From assembly GCA_045807765.1 (NCBI GenBank), contig JBJMGU010000120.1:778-64777 (forward strand): a stretch of 64,000 nucleotides of DNA, given 5' to 3'. This document shows positions 28,898 through 38,756 of the stretch, one piece after another. The notes below the pieces were generated by a model that searched no databases, was not told where the DNA came from, and worked only from the letters and a program-made list of their open reading frames with translations. The translations under genes were made by a program, and so were the position numbers. The number at the start of each line of letters is the position of its first letter. Within the stretch, counting starts at the first letter, position 1. The DNA is from Blastocatellia bacterium. Its GTDB lineage: Bacteria > Acidobacteriota > Blastocatellia > UBA7656.

Positions 28898-28990
28898 GTC
28901 TAACAAGGCGTTGCAGCGGAGGCCGCGCAGCAAATTTCGCGTGGCTTATCGGAGTACTTCAAGCGGCCCCGCTGAACGCAGGCGTTAGGA
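28898..28990 (+). repeat. attC-like site 3 (array end)
   Basis: GTCTAAC...GTTAGGA. The inner stem is GGCCGC/GCGGCC where sites 1-2 have GGCCGTG/CACGGCC, a compensatory change. It ends 3 nt before the convergent oxidoreductase stop codon. Confidence 0.65.
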
Positions 28991-28993
28991 TGA

Positions 28994-30370
28994 TTAACGC
29001 GCACGCTCCCAGCGACCGCGCGTAAAGTCGGGAAACTTCACCGGCACACTGCCGCGCGCCACAGACATCTCGCTGAGCGGGCCGGGGACGCTCCACGAGG
29101 CGGCGTCATACACATCCATGTCCGGCGCTAAACCCTGACGCATACATTCCGTTAGCCGGTAACACATGATGTAATCCATACCGCCGTGGCCGCCGGTCTT
29201 GCGCGCCATCTCGCCTTCTTTCTTCCAGAGCGGCGGCTCGTGTTGCGCCTGATACTTGTCGAGCGTCGCCCAGTTGTGGCCCTCGCCCTGACCGTCAAAG
29301 AAAAGGCGCGGCGGGTAGTCGCGGAAGATGCCCTTCGTGCCTTGAATCAGGTTGATGCGGTCGTAAGGGCGCGGCGTGCTGACGTTGTGTTGCAGCATGA
29401 TGGTGCGCCCTCTGGCAGTCTTGATCAGGCTGGTGTTGTAATCACCGCAGCGGTAGACCTCTTTCCACTTCGGGTCGCCTGCCGGCACATGATCTTTGCG
29501 GTAGGCTTCCAATCCGAGATGCGCCGAACTCATCGACACCAGATAATCGAAGCGGTCACCGCGATTGATGTTCATGTAGTTAGCGACCGGACCGAGGCCA
29601 TGCGTCGGGTAGAGGTTGGCGTCGCGCCGCGTATGATGCGCTCGCCGCCATAAGCCTTCGTCCTTATCTTCGAATAGAATCTCGCGCAGGTCGTGATTGT
29701 AAGCACACTCGCCGTGAACCACCTCGCCGAACAGGCCGGCGCGCACCATGTTCAGCACCATCATCTCCGTGTAGCCGTAACAACAATTCTCCATGATCAT
29801 GCAGTGGCGGCGGTTCTTCTCTGACGCCTCGACCAGTCGCCAGCAATCTTCGACGGTGTAAGCGGCGGGGACTTCCGTGCCGCTGTGCTTACCATTGCTC
29901 AAGGCGGCGAGCATCACAGGGACGTGCCATTCCCAGGGCGTCGCGGTGTAGACGAAATCGATGTCGTCGCGCTTGCAGAGGTTTTCAAAGTCATGGTCGC
30001 CGTTAGCATAAATGGCCGGCGACTTCTGGCCTTTGGCTTCGATCATCTTTGCGGCGCGCTGGCACTTCTCTTTGACGGTGTCACAGACGGCTGTGATTCG
30101 GACATTGTCGATGTTGAGAAATTCTCCGAGAACGCTGGTGCCGCGCAGACCGACGCCGACGATGGCGAGCCTCACGATGTCGCGCGGCTCGAACCGCACG
30201 CCGATCATCGTGTCGTAACGGGCCTGCGGCTCTGGCGTTGTCGCATCACCGGCAATCGCCTCTCGTTCATTGCCCGGCCCATAGCTCGTCAGGCCCAACG
30301 CCGCGCCGGCCATACTCGCGCTTTTCAGCAAGTCGCGGCGCGATAGCTTCTTCTCTTCCCCGCTCATAGT
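28994..30370 (-). CDS. Gfo/Idh/MocA-type NAD-dependent oxidoreductase with Tat signal (GH109-like)
   Basis: Twin-arginine signal SRRDLLKSASMAGAALG. Rossmann segment VRLAIVGVGLRGTS. The length and pattern resemble GH109 enzymes. Confidence 0.7.
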   Translation of the reverse strand, partial: TMSGEEKKLSRRDLLKSASMAGAALGLTSYGPGNEREAIAGDATTPEPQARYDTMIGVRFEPRDIVRLAIVGVGLRGTSVLGEFLNIDNVRITAVCDTVKEKCQRAAKMIEAKGQKSPAIYANGDHDFENLCKRDDIDFVYTATPWEWHVPVMLAALSNGKHSGTEVPAAYTVEDCWRLVEASEKNRRHCMIMENCCYGYTEMMVLNMVRAGLFGEVVHGECAYNHDLREILFEDKDEGLWRRAHHTRRDANLYPTHGLGPVANYMNINRGDRFDYLVSMSSAHLGLEAYRKDHVPAGDPKWKEVYRCGDYNTSLIKTARGRTIMLQHNVSTPRPYDRINLIQGTKGIFRDYPPRLFFDGQGEGHNWATLDKYQAQHEPPLWKKEGEMARKTGGHGGMDYIMCYRLTECMRQGLAPDMDVYDAASWSVPGPLSEMSVARGSVPVKFPDFTRGRWERAR

Positions 30371-30410
30371 CTTCACCCCTCTGAATTTCAAATCGCCGAG
30401 CCCCAGTCAA

Positions 30411-31475
30411 TCACGCTCGCGGCAGTAGCCGCAATGCATTCTCGCGATAGACCAGCCGCAACACTTCATCCGGCAGGTGCAGGCCGTAAATCTTCCAGCG
30501 CCCCTGCCGCGAAGCGTGCGATGGGTAATCAAAATACTCATCCGTGGTTTCGAGAAAGCGGTAATGTAGCCGATACATCTCGACTTCCGGAATCAGGTCG
30601 GTGCCGAAGAGAATGCGGCGGGCGTGCTTCAGAAAAAACTCGCGTGCCGCATAAGGCTGGCGGCCAAGCTCCGCCGTCCGCGCCGCGATGTCTACATAAA
30701 GATTTTCATGTGCCGCAAGCAGACGAATGACATACGCCAGATGTTCGGGCCGCTCGGCGACGTGCGCCGCCACGAAGGTCGTCTTCGGGTGACGCGCAAA
30801 GACGCGGTCGCGTTGCCGTAGCAGCTCATCTTTCGAGTACCGCGCGCCGTAAAAGCTCCAGTCTGGATGCGCCGCCAACTCTTCGTAACGCTCGTTGAAG
30901 CGGTCAATGGGCAGAAAGAACGCGTCGGGGTCGGCGATGTGAAACATCACCGGCACGCGCAGCTCGGCGGCCTTTTCAAACAGCGGCGCGAGCCGCTCAT
31001 CGTCTACAGGCAGCAATTCGCCGTTCGCCTCGCGCAGCGTCAGTCCCAGGTCTTTCCAGATTTTGATTCCACAAGCGCCGTGCTCGACCAGCCGTTCGAG
31101 CCGCTCTGCTGAGCGCGTAAAGAATCCTGGCTCGTGTAAGTCGCGCCAGTCCATCCACGCAATCGTCGCAAAGCGGTCGGGCGCGGCGCGCTGAAAGCGC
31201 TCCATCACCGCCAGCGCTTCATCTTCCACACGCATCGTGATGTTGACCAGACGCTCAATGCCACATTCGTCCATGATCTCTAACACGGTACGCGGCTCCT
31301 GCGCGTCGAGGTGGTTGTGATAATCGATCACCGGAAAGCGCGGACGGGCAATTTCATGCTCATCTGTGACCAGCATCGAGCGCGGCGCAAAATCGCTCAA
31401 GCGCAAATCGGTCTCGGCCCGCGCCGTCACCATCGCGATGAACTTGTCGGCCTCTTCGGGTGTGCGATCTTCCAT
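30411..31475 (-). CDS. Amidohydrolase-2 family protein
   Basis: PVIDYHNHLD..., VPVMFHIADP..., FGTDLIP motifs (PF04909-type metal-dependent hydrolase). Confidence 0.7.
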   Translation of the reverse strand: MEDRTPEEADKFIAMVTARAETDLRLSDFAPRSMLVTDEHEIARPRFPVIDYHNHLDAQEPRTVLEIMDECGIERLVNITMRVEDEALAVMERFQRAAPDRFATIAWMDWRDLHEPGFFTRSAERLERLVEHGACGIKIWKDLGLTLREANGELLPVDDERLAPLFEKAAELRVPVMFHIADPDAFFLPIDRFNERYEELAAHPDWSFYGARYSKDELLRQRDRVFARHPKTTFVAAHVAERPEHLAYVIRLLAAHENLYVDIAARTAELGRQPYAAREFFLKHARRILFGTDLIPEVEMYRLHYRFLETTDEYFDYPSHASRQGRWKIYGLHLPDEVLRLVYRENALRLLPRA

Positions 31476-31527
31476 AGACGATTGATGTAGCGCAAGCTAA
31501 CCGCCTTGCGCTAGATTGAGCCGCCGA

Positions 31528-31680
31528 TCATTCGGAATTACTGTCGCGGCGTCGGCTTAACCGCCCGAACATCTCGCGCAGGTCTTTATATCCCCGGATG
31601 GTCACGACCACCGTGATGAACGCGAAAGAGATGCCGGCCACAATCAAGCTGATTGTCCAGAACATCTGCCAGTATTTCAT
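31528..31680 (-). CDS. Small single-TM protein (50 aa) translationally coupled to the symporter
   Basis: Not in the ORF track (shorter than 60 aa). MKYWQMFWTISLIVAGISFAFITVVVTIRGYKDLREMFGRLSRRRDSNSE. Its ATG overlaps the symporter TGA (ATGA at 31677-31680). Confidence 0.45.
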   Translation of the reverse strand: MKYWQMFWTISLIVAGISFAFITVVVTIRGYKDLREMFGRLSRRRDSNSE

Positions 31681-33179
31681 TTCGCCTCCTGTACGGCCTG
31701 CGGCGCGGTCGAGGGCCGCCCGACGAGCGACCCGACCACCAGGCCAAGCGCTGCCAATCCGAAGGCCGCAAAGCCGGTGACGTTCTCGCTCCAGTGGAGA
31801 AAAAAGAACGGGATGATCGCGCCCGTTGCGCCTGCAATCATCGCCAGATAACCGCCCGTGGTGTTGGCGCGTCGCCAGTAGAGCCCGCCGACTACACAGA
31901 CGAAAGCGCCCGCCAGAAAGATCGTCCCCGTGATGTTCAGGTAGAGATAGACCGCGCCGGGCGGCGTGTAGTACAAACCCCAGAACATCAGGAATAGGCT
32001 GACGAAGAGATTGCTGATGCGGTTGACGAGAATCTGGGCGCGCGAATCGAGCGGCGGCTTCTTGAGCACGCGGCGCAGCGGCAGAATGATGTCTTGCGAA
32101 ATGACCGCGCTCCAGCCCAGCAGGTAAGAGCTATTTACAGACATGGTCGCCGCCAGCATGCCGGCAACCACCAGTCCTTTTACTCCCGGACGCAGAATGG
32201 TCGCCAGCATCGCCGGCATCGCATCAATCGGCGCGAGCGTCTGACCATCAACCACCGGCGCCGGCACGCCGTGATCGGTTGCGCCGGTGCCGAACATCGT
32301 CAACGCGGCAATGCCCCAGAGCATCGGCAGCATGCCGCGACCGAGGAAGATAAAACCTGTCCAGGTCATTACTCGCTTCGAGGTTTCGGCGCTGCGCGTC
32401 GCAAACATGCGCATGGCGGTCGTCTGCCAGCAGGTATGCACTGAAAACCAGAGCAGCACTTGCCAGATCAAAAAGGTCAGGCCGAATTTCGGATTGGCAA
32501 TCGGGTTGAAGCCGGCCTCGCCCATTGTCGCCGTCACCTTATCAACAATGTTGCCCCAGCCGGCGTGAGCGACGGCATAGATCGTCACCAGGATGGTCGC
32601 GACCGACAGCAGTACGTATTGAACGAAGTCCGTGATGACGACGGAAACCATGCCGCCCAGCACCGTGTAGAGCAATTCGAGCAGCAGGATGACGGTCATC
32701 GCCGCCACGAGGTAGCGCGAAGGGATGCCGCTCACGATGGTCAGGAACTCGCCTTCGATCTTGAGGAAGACGCCCATGTTGAGGATGCCGCCGAGGGCTA
32801 CGAGCACTCCGGTCACCAGGCGCAGCCCGCGACTATACTTGACCTCGAAGAACTCCGGCACGGTCATCAGGCGCAGCTCGCGCAGGCGGCTGATGACGAA
32901 GCCCGTGCGCCCGACGAAGATCATCACCAGGCCCGATATCAGCGCCGCCGCAAACGCCGCGAAGCCGTATTTGTAGCCCAGCTCGCCATTGTACATGTAG
33001 GTGATTGTGCCGATCTCTGTGGCCGCCAGCGTCGCGATGCCGACGTACAGGCCCAGCTCGCGGCCCGCCACCAGGAAGTGCGAGACGTTGCCGACGAAAC
33101 GTTTGCCGATCAAGCCAACGGCGACCGAAACGATCAGATAGACGATGACGATGAGCCAGTCAATCCCTGTAAACCCCAT
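31677..33179 (-). CDS. Sodium:solute symporter family (SSF) transporter
   Basis: 500 aa with about 13 TM helices. N-terminus MGFTGIDWLIVIVYLIVSVAVGLIGKRF... is typical of SSF proteins. Confidence 0.8.
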   Translation of the reverse strand: MGFTGIDWLIVIVYLIVSVAVGLIGKRFVGNVSHFLVAGRELGLYVGIATLAATEIGTITYMYNGELGYKYGFAAFAAALISGLVMIFVGRTGFVISRLRELRLMTVPEFFEVKYSRGLRLVTGVLVALGGILNMGVFLKIEGEFLTIVSGIPSRYLVAAMTVILLLELLYTVLGGMVSVVITDFVQYVLLSVATILVTIYAVAHAGWGNIVDKVTATMGEAGFNPIANPKFGLTFLIWQVLLWFSVHTCWQTTAMRMFATRSAETSKRVMTWTGFIFLGRGMLPMLWGIAALTMFGTGATDHGVPAPVVDGQTLAPIDAMPAMLATILRPGVKGLVVAGMLAATMSVNSSYLLGWSAVISQDIILPLRRVLKKPPLDSRAQILVNRISNLFVSLFLMFWGLYYTPPGAVYLYLNITGTIFLAGAFVCVVGGLYWRRANTTGGYLAMIAGATGAIIPFFFLHWSENVTGFAAFGLAALGLVVGSLVGRPSTAPQAVQEAK

Positions 33180-33478
33180 GCGCGGCGCTCCCGATTGTTG
33201 AATTTATCTGGCGAAATGCATAGACGCTGCCAATCACTTCTGCGCCGCAATGTATCGCATAGATCATCGGATAAGATCAACAGCGATTTGCGAATTTACC
33301 GGCAGTGCATGACTTGCCGATCACGCAAGCTTTAATCCGACCGAGCCATATCGAAGAACTCGATTGGCCTGCGGGCGACCAACTCATCTATGATCGCTTG
33401 GAGCAGGGCGAGCGTCATTGCGCCCGGCAAACCGCTTGATCTGATTAGCGGCATATTTAAAACCCGAGGAGTTTTCGA

Positions 33479-34546
<1,068 letters not shown>

Positions 34547-34654
34547 CCGCCAACAATCGCTGTGGTGGTCGCGGCGCGAGCCGGGCGTTTGCTTGACTTA
34601 TATTGGGCTTTGCAATAAACCTCTTTTAAAGGTGTTGGAAAAGGAGGCCGCGCG

Positions 34655-35059
34655 ATGGCAGGCCAGGCCGAAAGTACGAATTCCGCTTCGACAATCCAGA
34701 CGGAGCAACAACTGCGGCACATTAACGATGAGTGGGTGGCGGCACTGGTCGGCGGCGATACCGCAACCCTCAACCGCCTGATGGACGAAGGCTGCATCTT
34801 CAGCTACGTCCTTGACGGCGACGACCGAGCGCAGTTCATTGCCGATATCGAATCCGGCGACCTGCGGGTCGCTTCGCTCGTCCGCGATCACCTTGAAGTC
34901 TGCATCTTTGGCGCGACCGGCGTGCTGATCGGCTTTGACACCGCCGACTGGCGCTACAAAGGCCAGCAGATGCAGCGCCATTACCGCACCATACACGTCT
35001 ACGCCGAGCGCGACGGCGAGTGGCTGATCGTCGCCATCCAGGCCAGCCCTATCGGATAG
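34655..35059 (+). CDS. NTF2-like / SnoaL-DUF4440 family protein
   Basis: 134 aa. QLRHINDEWVAALVGGDTATLNRLMDEGCIF...YAERDGEWLIVAIQASP is typical of the DUF4440 fold. Confidence 0.6.
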   Translation: MAGQAESTNSASTIQTEQQLRHINDEWVAALVGGDTATLNRLMDEGCIFSYVLDGDDRAQFIADIESGDLRVASLVRDHLEVCIFGATGVLIGFDTADWRYKGQQMQRHYRTIHVYAERDGEWLIVAIQASPIG

Positions 35060-35082
35060 TGACAAGTGGCCGGGTAAGTATT

Positions 35083-35191
35083 CAGGAGTCAGAAGTCAGG
35101 AGTCAGAATAAAAGTGGAAGGCGCGAAAAGTGTACGCACTGCCGCCGACTTCCTTCTTCATTCTGTCTTCTGACTTCTGACTCCTGACTCC
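35083..35191. terminator. Hairpin with tandem-repeat arms (AGTCAGR units) between convergent genes
   Basis: CAGGAGTCAGAAGTCAGGAGTCAGAA (35083-35108) against TTCTGTCTTCTGACTTCTGACTCCTGACTCC (35161-35191). Confidence 0.55.
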
Positions 35192-35197
35192 CTTCCT

Positions 35198-38100
35198 TTA
35201 GTAGTACAGCTTCAGAGCAAATTGAATCAGCCGCGGGTCGCGCGTGCTGGTGATCTGCCCGAAGGTGGTGCTGCCAAAGACCGTGCTGACGCCCAGGAAG
35301 TTGGTATGGTTCCAGATGTTGTAGGCTTCGGCGCGGAATTGCAGGTTGACGTTCTCGGTGAACTTCCAGCGCTTGCTCAACGTCATGTCCCACTTCTGGT
35401 AGCCCGGCCCGATGACGACGCCGCGCGGCGCGTTGCCGGGCCGCGTCACGCCTGCCGGCACGAGCTGGAAGGCGAACGGGTTGAACCACTGGAAGCGCGT
35501 GCGGATAGCCGACGTCTGGTTCGGGTTGGCTACCTGATCCGGGCGGCCTGAAGACGGGCTGGTGCCGAGGAAGCCGAGGGCTCCGGGATCGGTGCCGGTC
35601 GTCGTCACCGTCAGCGGCGAGCCGCTGGCGGCGCTGGTGATTCCCGACAGCTCCCAGCCGCCAAGCACGTGACCGAGGAAGCCCTTCTGATCACGGAAAA
35701 ACGGCAACTGGTAGACGTAGTTGATGGATAGGATGTGGCGGCGGTCGAGTTGCGACGGGCCGTAGTCGGCGGCGCGGTTGTACAGGCTCTGCGGTGCGCT
35801 GCTGCGGTCGGTCTGGTTGTCCGTGAGCGCCTTCGACCAGGTGTAGGAGAGCCGCACCAGCGAGCCTTCCCTGAAGGTCTTGTCCGCCGACACCTGCATC
35901 GAGTTGTAGTTCGAGTTGAACCAGTTCTGGATGCTGCCAATCGAGGAAAAGCCCTTGTAAGGGCGCACGGCATTCAGCCGCGGCGTGAGGGCGGTGGTCA
36001 CTTGCGTGCCCGCCGTGATGATGCCGGCGGCAACCGCTGCCCCCGGCGGCACTTCGTTGAGGTCAACGATGCCCGGCAGGTGCGTGCCCTTCGAGCCGTA
36101 GTAGCCGACCGCGACGACGAAGTTCTTCGTCACTTCGCGCTGCACATCGAGGCTCCACTGCTGGACGTAAGGCATGTCACTGTTGTTGGGTGTGCCGCGG
36201 ATGGCTTTCGGCGCTGCGGAGATCGACGGCAGCACCGAGGCCGGGTTGTTCAGCACCGTGTTGCTGATCGTCACATTGTTGACGTAAGGCGGGTTGCCGA
36301 AGATGTTCTGCTCAAGAATGCCTACCAGCGTCACGTCATAGCTGATGCCATAGCCGCCGCGAATCGCCGTCTTGCCATCCTTGTACGGGTCCCAGGCGAA
36401 GCCGAAGACCGGCGCGAAGTCGCTGTTGCTTTCCGGCGACACTTTGTCGCCAAATGGCGAGTTCTGGCCGGCGATGACGATGCCGTTGAGCGGGTCGCCG
36501 GTGCCCGGAATGATGTTGCCGGTCGTCGGGTTGATCTGCACCGCTTTGGCCGGGTCGTAGGCCGCCGGATCAAAGTTCGTCAGCTTGCCCGTCTTGTCAA
36601 TCGGCTGGCGGAAAAGCGAATAGCGCAAGCCGAAGTTGAGCGTCAGGTTCGACTTCCAGCGGAAGTCGTCCTGGATGTAGAACTCGAACTGGCGGGTGCG
36701 AATGTCGGGCGTCAGGTCCTGATCGGCCTGCGCGAAGGTCGAGACATTGCCAAGCAGGAAGTTGGCCCACGCCTGCTGGGTGGTGGTCGCCGTAGAACCG
36801 GTCGGACGCGGCGAGGTGGCAAAGGCGAACGACCCGACGTTGTTGCCGCCGGCGTTCTCCGTCTTCTGGTAAAAGTTCATGCTGGTGCCGACCTTGAAGG
36901 TGTGCAGGCCGTGAATCCAGGTGACATTGTCAAAGATGTTGTGGTTGCGGTTGAAGTCGTCATACGGGCCGAAGCCGGCGACGCCTGCATATCCCGGCGA
37001 GATGCTCGGGATGCGGTCGAGCGTGACCGCGAACGGCAGCTTGACCGCCGAGGTGACGTTCGGCGAGTTCTCGCTCAAAGCCAGGCCGATGGGTCGGCTG
37101 ACGATGGCGCCGTACGAGAAGGCATAGCCCAGTTCGTTGAGCAGCGTCGGGCGCAGGGTCTGAACGCTGCGCGCTACCCAGGAGTAGCCGGGCGAGTCGG
37201 TCTTGGTCGTCGCCACGCCGGGCACCGTCAGGCCGGTGAACAATCCGCCCGGCTCTTCAGTCGGTATGGTGTCGTGCAGGTAGCGCACGGCGAGGGTCAC
37301 CTTGCTGCTGAAGTTGTGATCAACGCGCGCCAGCTCCTGGCGGTGATTGAAGACGTTGCGCACGTTGCTGATCAAGGTGTTGGTGCCCGAATTCGGCAGC
37401 GGGATGTTGGCATAGATGTCTTGCAGGTAAGCCCGCGCCGCCGGGTTGATGTTGGTGATCGTTGTCGCCGACTGCGTACAAGCAGTGCCGGCAGCGTTGG
37501 TCGCCACGCAGATGGGCGCTGAGAAGATGCCCTGGCGCTCGGCAGCGCTCGGCACCGTGGCGTTAAAGGTCGAGTAGGTGATGACGCGGCGGAATTCCTG
37601 CGAGAAGAAGAAGAAGGTCTTGTCCCGCTCCTTGTTGTAAAAGCCGGGAATGGTCACAGGGCCGCCGATGGTGTAGCCGAAGTTGTTGTAGCGCAGGATG
37701 GGGCGCGGCGTGCGCAGCGTGCCGGCGCGCGGATCATTCGCCGCAACGATGACATCGGGCGCCAGCGCCGTCGGGTCGGTCGTGAAGCGGCCCGTCAGGT
37801 TGTTGAAGTAGGGGTTGGCGTTCAGCTTGTCGTTGCGGAAGAACTCGTAGAGGTTGCCATGAAAATCATGGCCGCCCGACTTGGTGATGACGTTGACGTG
37901 GCCGCTGGCGTTGCGCCCATACTCGGCGCTGTAGTGATTGCGCAGCACCTTGAACTCGGCAATGGCGTCAATGCTCGGATAGTTCAACAGCGTCAGGTTC
38001 GAGCCGCGGTCAACGTTGTCTGCGCCGTCAATCGTCCAGCTATTCTGGCTGGTGCGCCCGCCGTTGATCGAGATTGACACGGTGTTAGTCTGGCCGAACG

Positions 38101-38644
38101 GGTTGGTCGTGCCGATGTAAGCCTGGTCGGTCATCGTCGAGCTGACGCCCGGAAGCAACGTGACCAGTTGCACGAAGTTGCGGTTATTGAGCGGCAGCTC
38201 GCGCACCTCGATGTTCGAGACCAGGCTGCCGGCGGTTGCCGTCTGCAACTCGACCTGCGTAGCGCTGGCTTCGACATGCACCTCTTCGGTGATGGCGCCG
38301 GCTTCGAGCGCCACGTCAACCGACAGGCGGTCGTTGACGTTCAACTGAATGTCGGTCTTGGTGTATTTCTTGAAGCCCGCGGCTTCGACGGTGACCGCGT
38401 AGCTGCCGGCTTGCAAGAGCGGCGCCGAGTAAGCGCCTTCCTCGTTGGTCGACAGCGTGCGGGCGACGATGTTTTTCGTCGTTTCTCTGATTGTCACGGT
38501 GGCGCCGGCGACCGCTGCGCCATTGGCGTCGCGGACAATGCCGACGATGCTGCCCGTGATGTCCTGCGCGCGGGCCGGGATCGCCATGACGGCGAGGCCC
38601 ACAAGCAGCAACAGACTGACTGCTTTCCTGATGATCGGTGACAT
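35198..38644 (-). CDS. TonB-dependent receptor with CarboxypepD_reg-like N-domain
   Basis: Signal peptide. ITGSIVGIVRDANGAAVAGATVTI (carboxypeptidase regulatory-like fold), plug region, long beta-barrel ending ...FALKLYY. Confidence 0.85.
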   Translation of the reverse strand: MSPIIRKAVSLLLLVGLAVMAIPARAQDITGSIVGIVRDANGAAVAGATVTIRETTKNIVARTLSTNEEGAYSAPLLQAGSYAVTVEAAGFKKYTKTDIQLNVNDRLSVDVALEAGAITEEVHVEASATQVELQTATAGSLVSNIEVRELPLNNRNFVQLVTLLPGVSSTMTDQAYIGTTNPFGQTNTVSISINGGRTSQNSWTIDGADNVDRGSNLTLLNYPSIDAIAEFKVLRNHYSAEYGRNASGHVNVITKSGGHDFHGNLYEFFRNDKLNANPYFNNLTGRFTTDPTALAPDVIVAANDPRAGTLRTPRPILRYNNFGYTIGGPVTIPGFYNKERDKTFFFFSQEFRRVITYSTFNATVPSAAERQGIFSAPICVATNAAGTACTQSATTITNINPAARAYLQDIYANIPLPNSGTNTLISNVRNVFNHRQELARVDHNFSSKVTLAVRYLHDTIPTEEPGGLFTGLTVPGVATTKTDSPGYSWVARSVQTLRPTLLNELGYAFSYGAIVSRPIGLALSENSPNVTSAVKLPFAVTLDRIPSISPGYAGVAGFGPYDDFNRNHNIFDNVTWIHGLHTFKVGTSMNFYQKTENAGGNNVGSFAFATSPRPTGSTATTTQQAWANFLLGNVSTFAQADQDLTPDIRTRQFEFYIQDDFRWKSNLTLNFGLRYSLFRQPIDKTGKLTNFDPAAYDPAKAVQINPTTGNIIPGTGDPLNGIVIAGQNSPFGDKVSPESNSDFAPVFGFAWDPYKDGKTAIRGGYGISYDVTLVGILEQNIFGNPPYVNNVTISNTVLNNPASVLPSISAAPKAIRGTPNNSDMPYVQQWSLDVQREVTKNFVVAVGYYGSKGTHLPGIVDLNEVPPGAAVAAGIITAGTQVTTALTPRLNAVRPYKGFSSIGSIQNWFNSNYNSMQVSADKTFREGSLVRLSYTWSKALTDNQTDRSSAPQSLYNRAADYGPSQLDRRHILSINYVYQLPFFRDQKGFLGHVLGGWELSGITSAASGSPLTVTTTGTDPGALGFLGTSPSSGRPDQVANPNQTSAIRTRFQWFNPFAFQLVPAGVTRPGNAPRGVVIGPGYQKWDMTLSKRWKFTENVNLQFRAEAYNIWNHTNFLGVSTVFGSTTFGQITSTRDPRLIQFALKLYY

Positions 38645-38756
38645 AGGTTGCCTCCATTCCTTATTAGTAAGCGAAACTACCGTAGCGCGCCGCTCGTGGC
38701 GGGCGCTTCTCTGTTATCGTTGCGCGGCGCTCGCTCCGCTGTCGCGTCGCGCCTTC

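Larger units (their letters stand above)
27017..28990 (+). mobile_element. Integron-type gene-cassette array without integrase in window (CALIN-like): 3 cassettes, 3 attC-like sites
   Basis: Three same-strand, AT-richer ORF units, each followed by a 92-93 bp imperfect palindrome with conserved ends and a variable centre (see the attC features). Confidence 0.7.

Noticed and set aside
23956-28990. A search for an integron integrase or any tyrosine/serine recombinase, or an attI site, flanking the cassette array.
   Set aside because: None of the ORFs in or next to the island shows recombinase motifs (no R..HxxR..Y pattern). The array is therefore called integrase-less within this window only.
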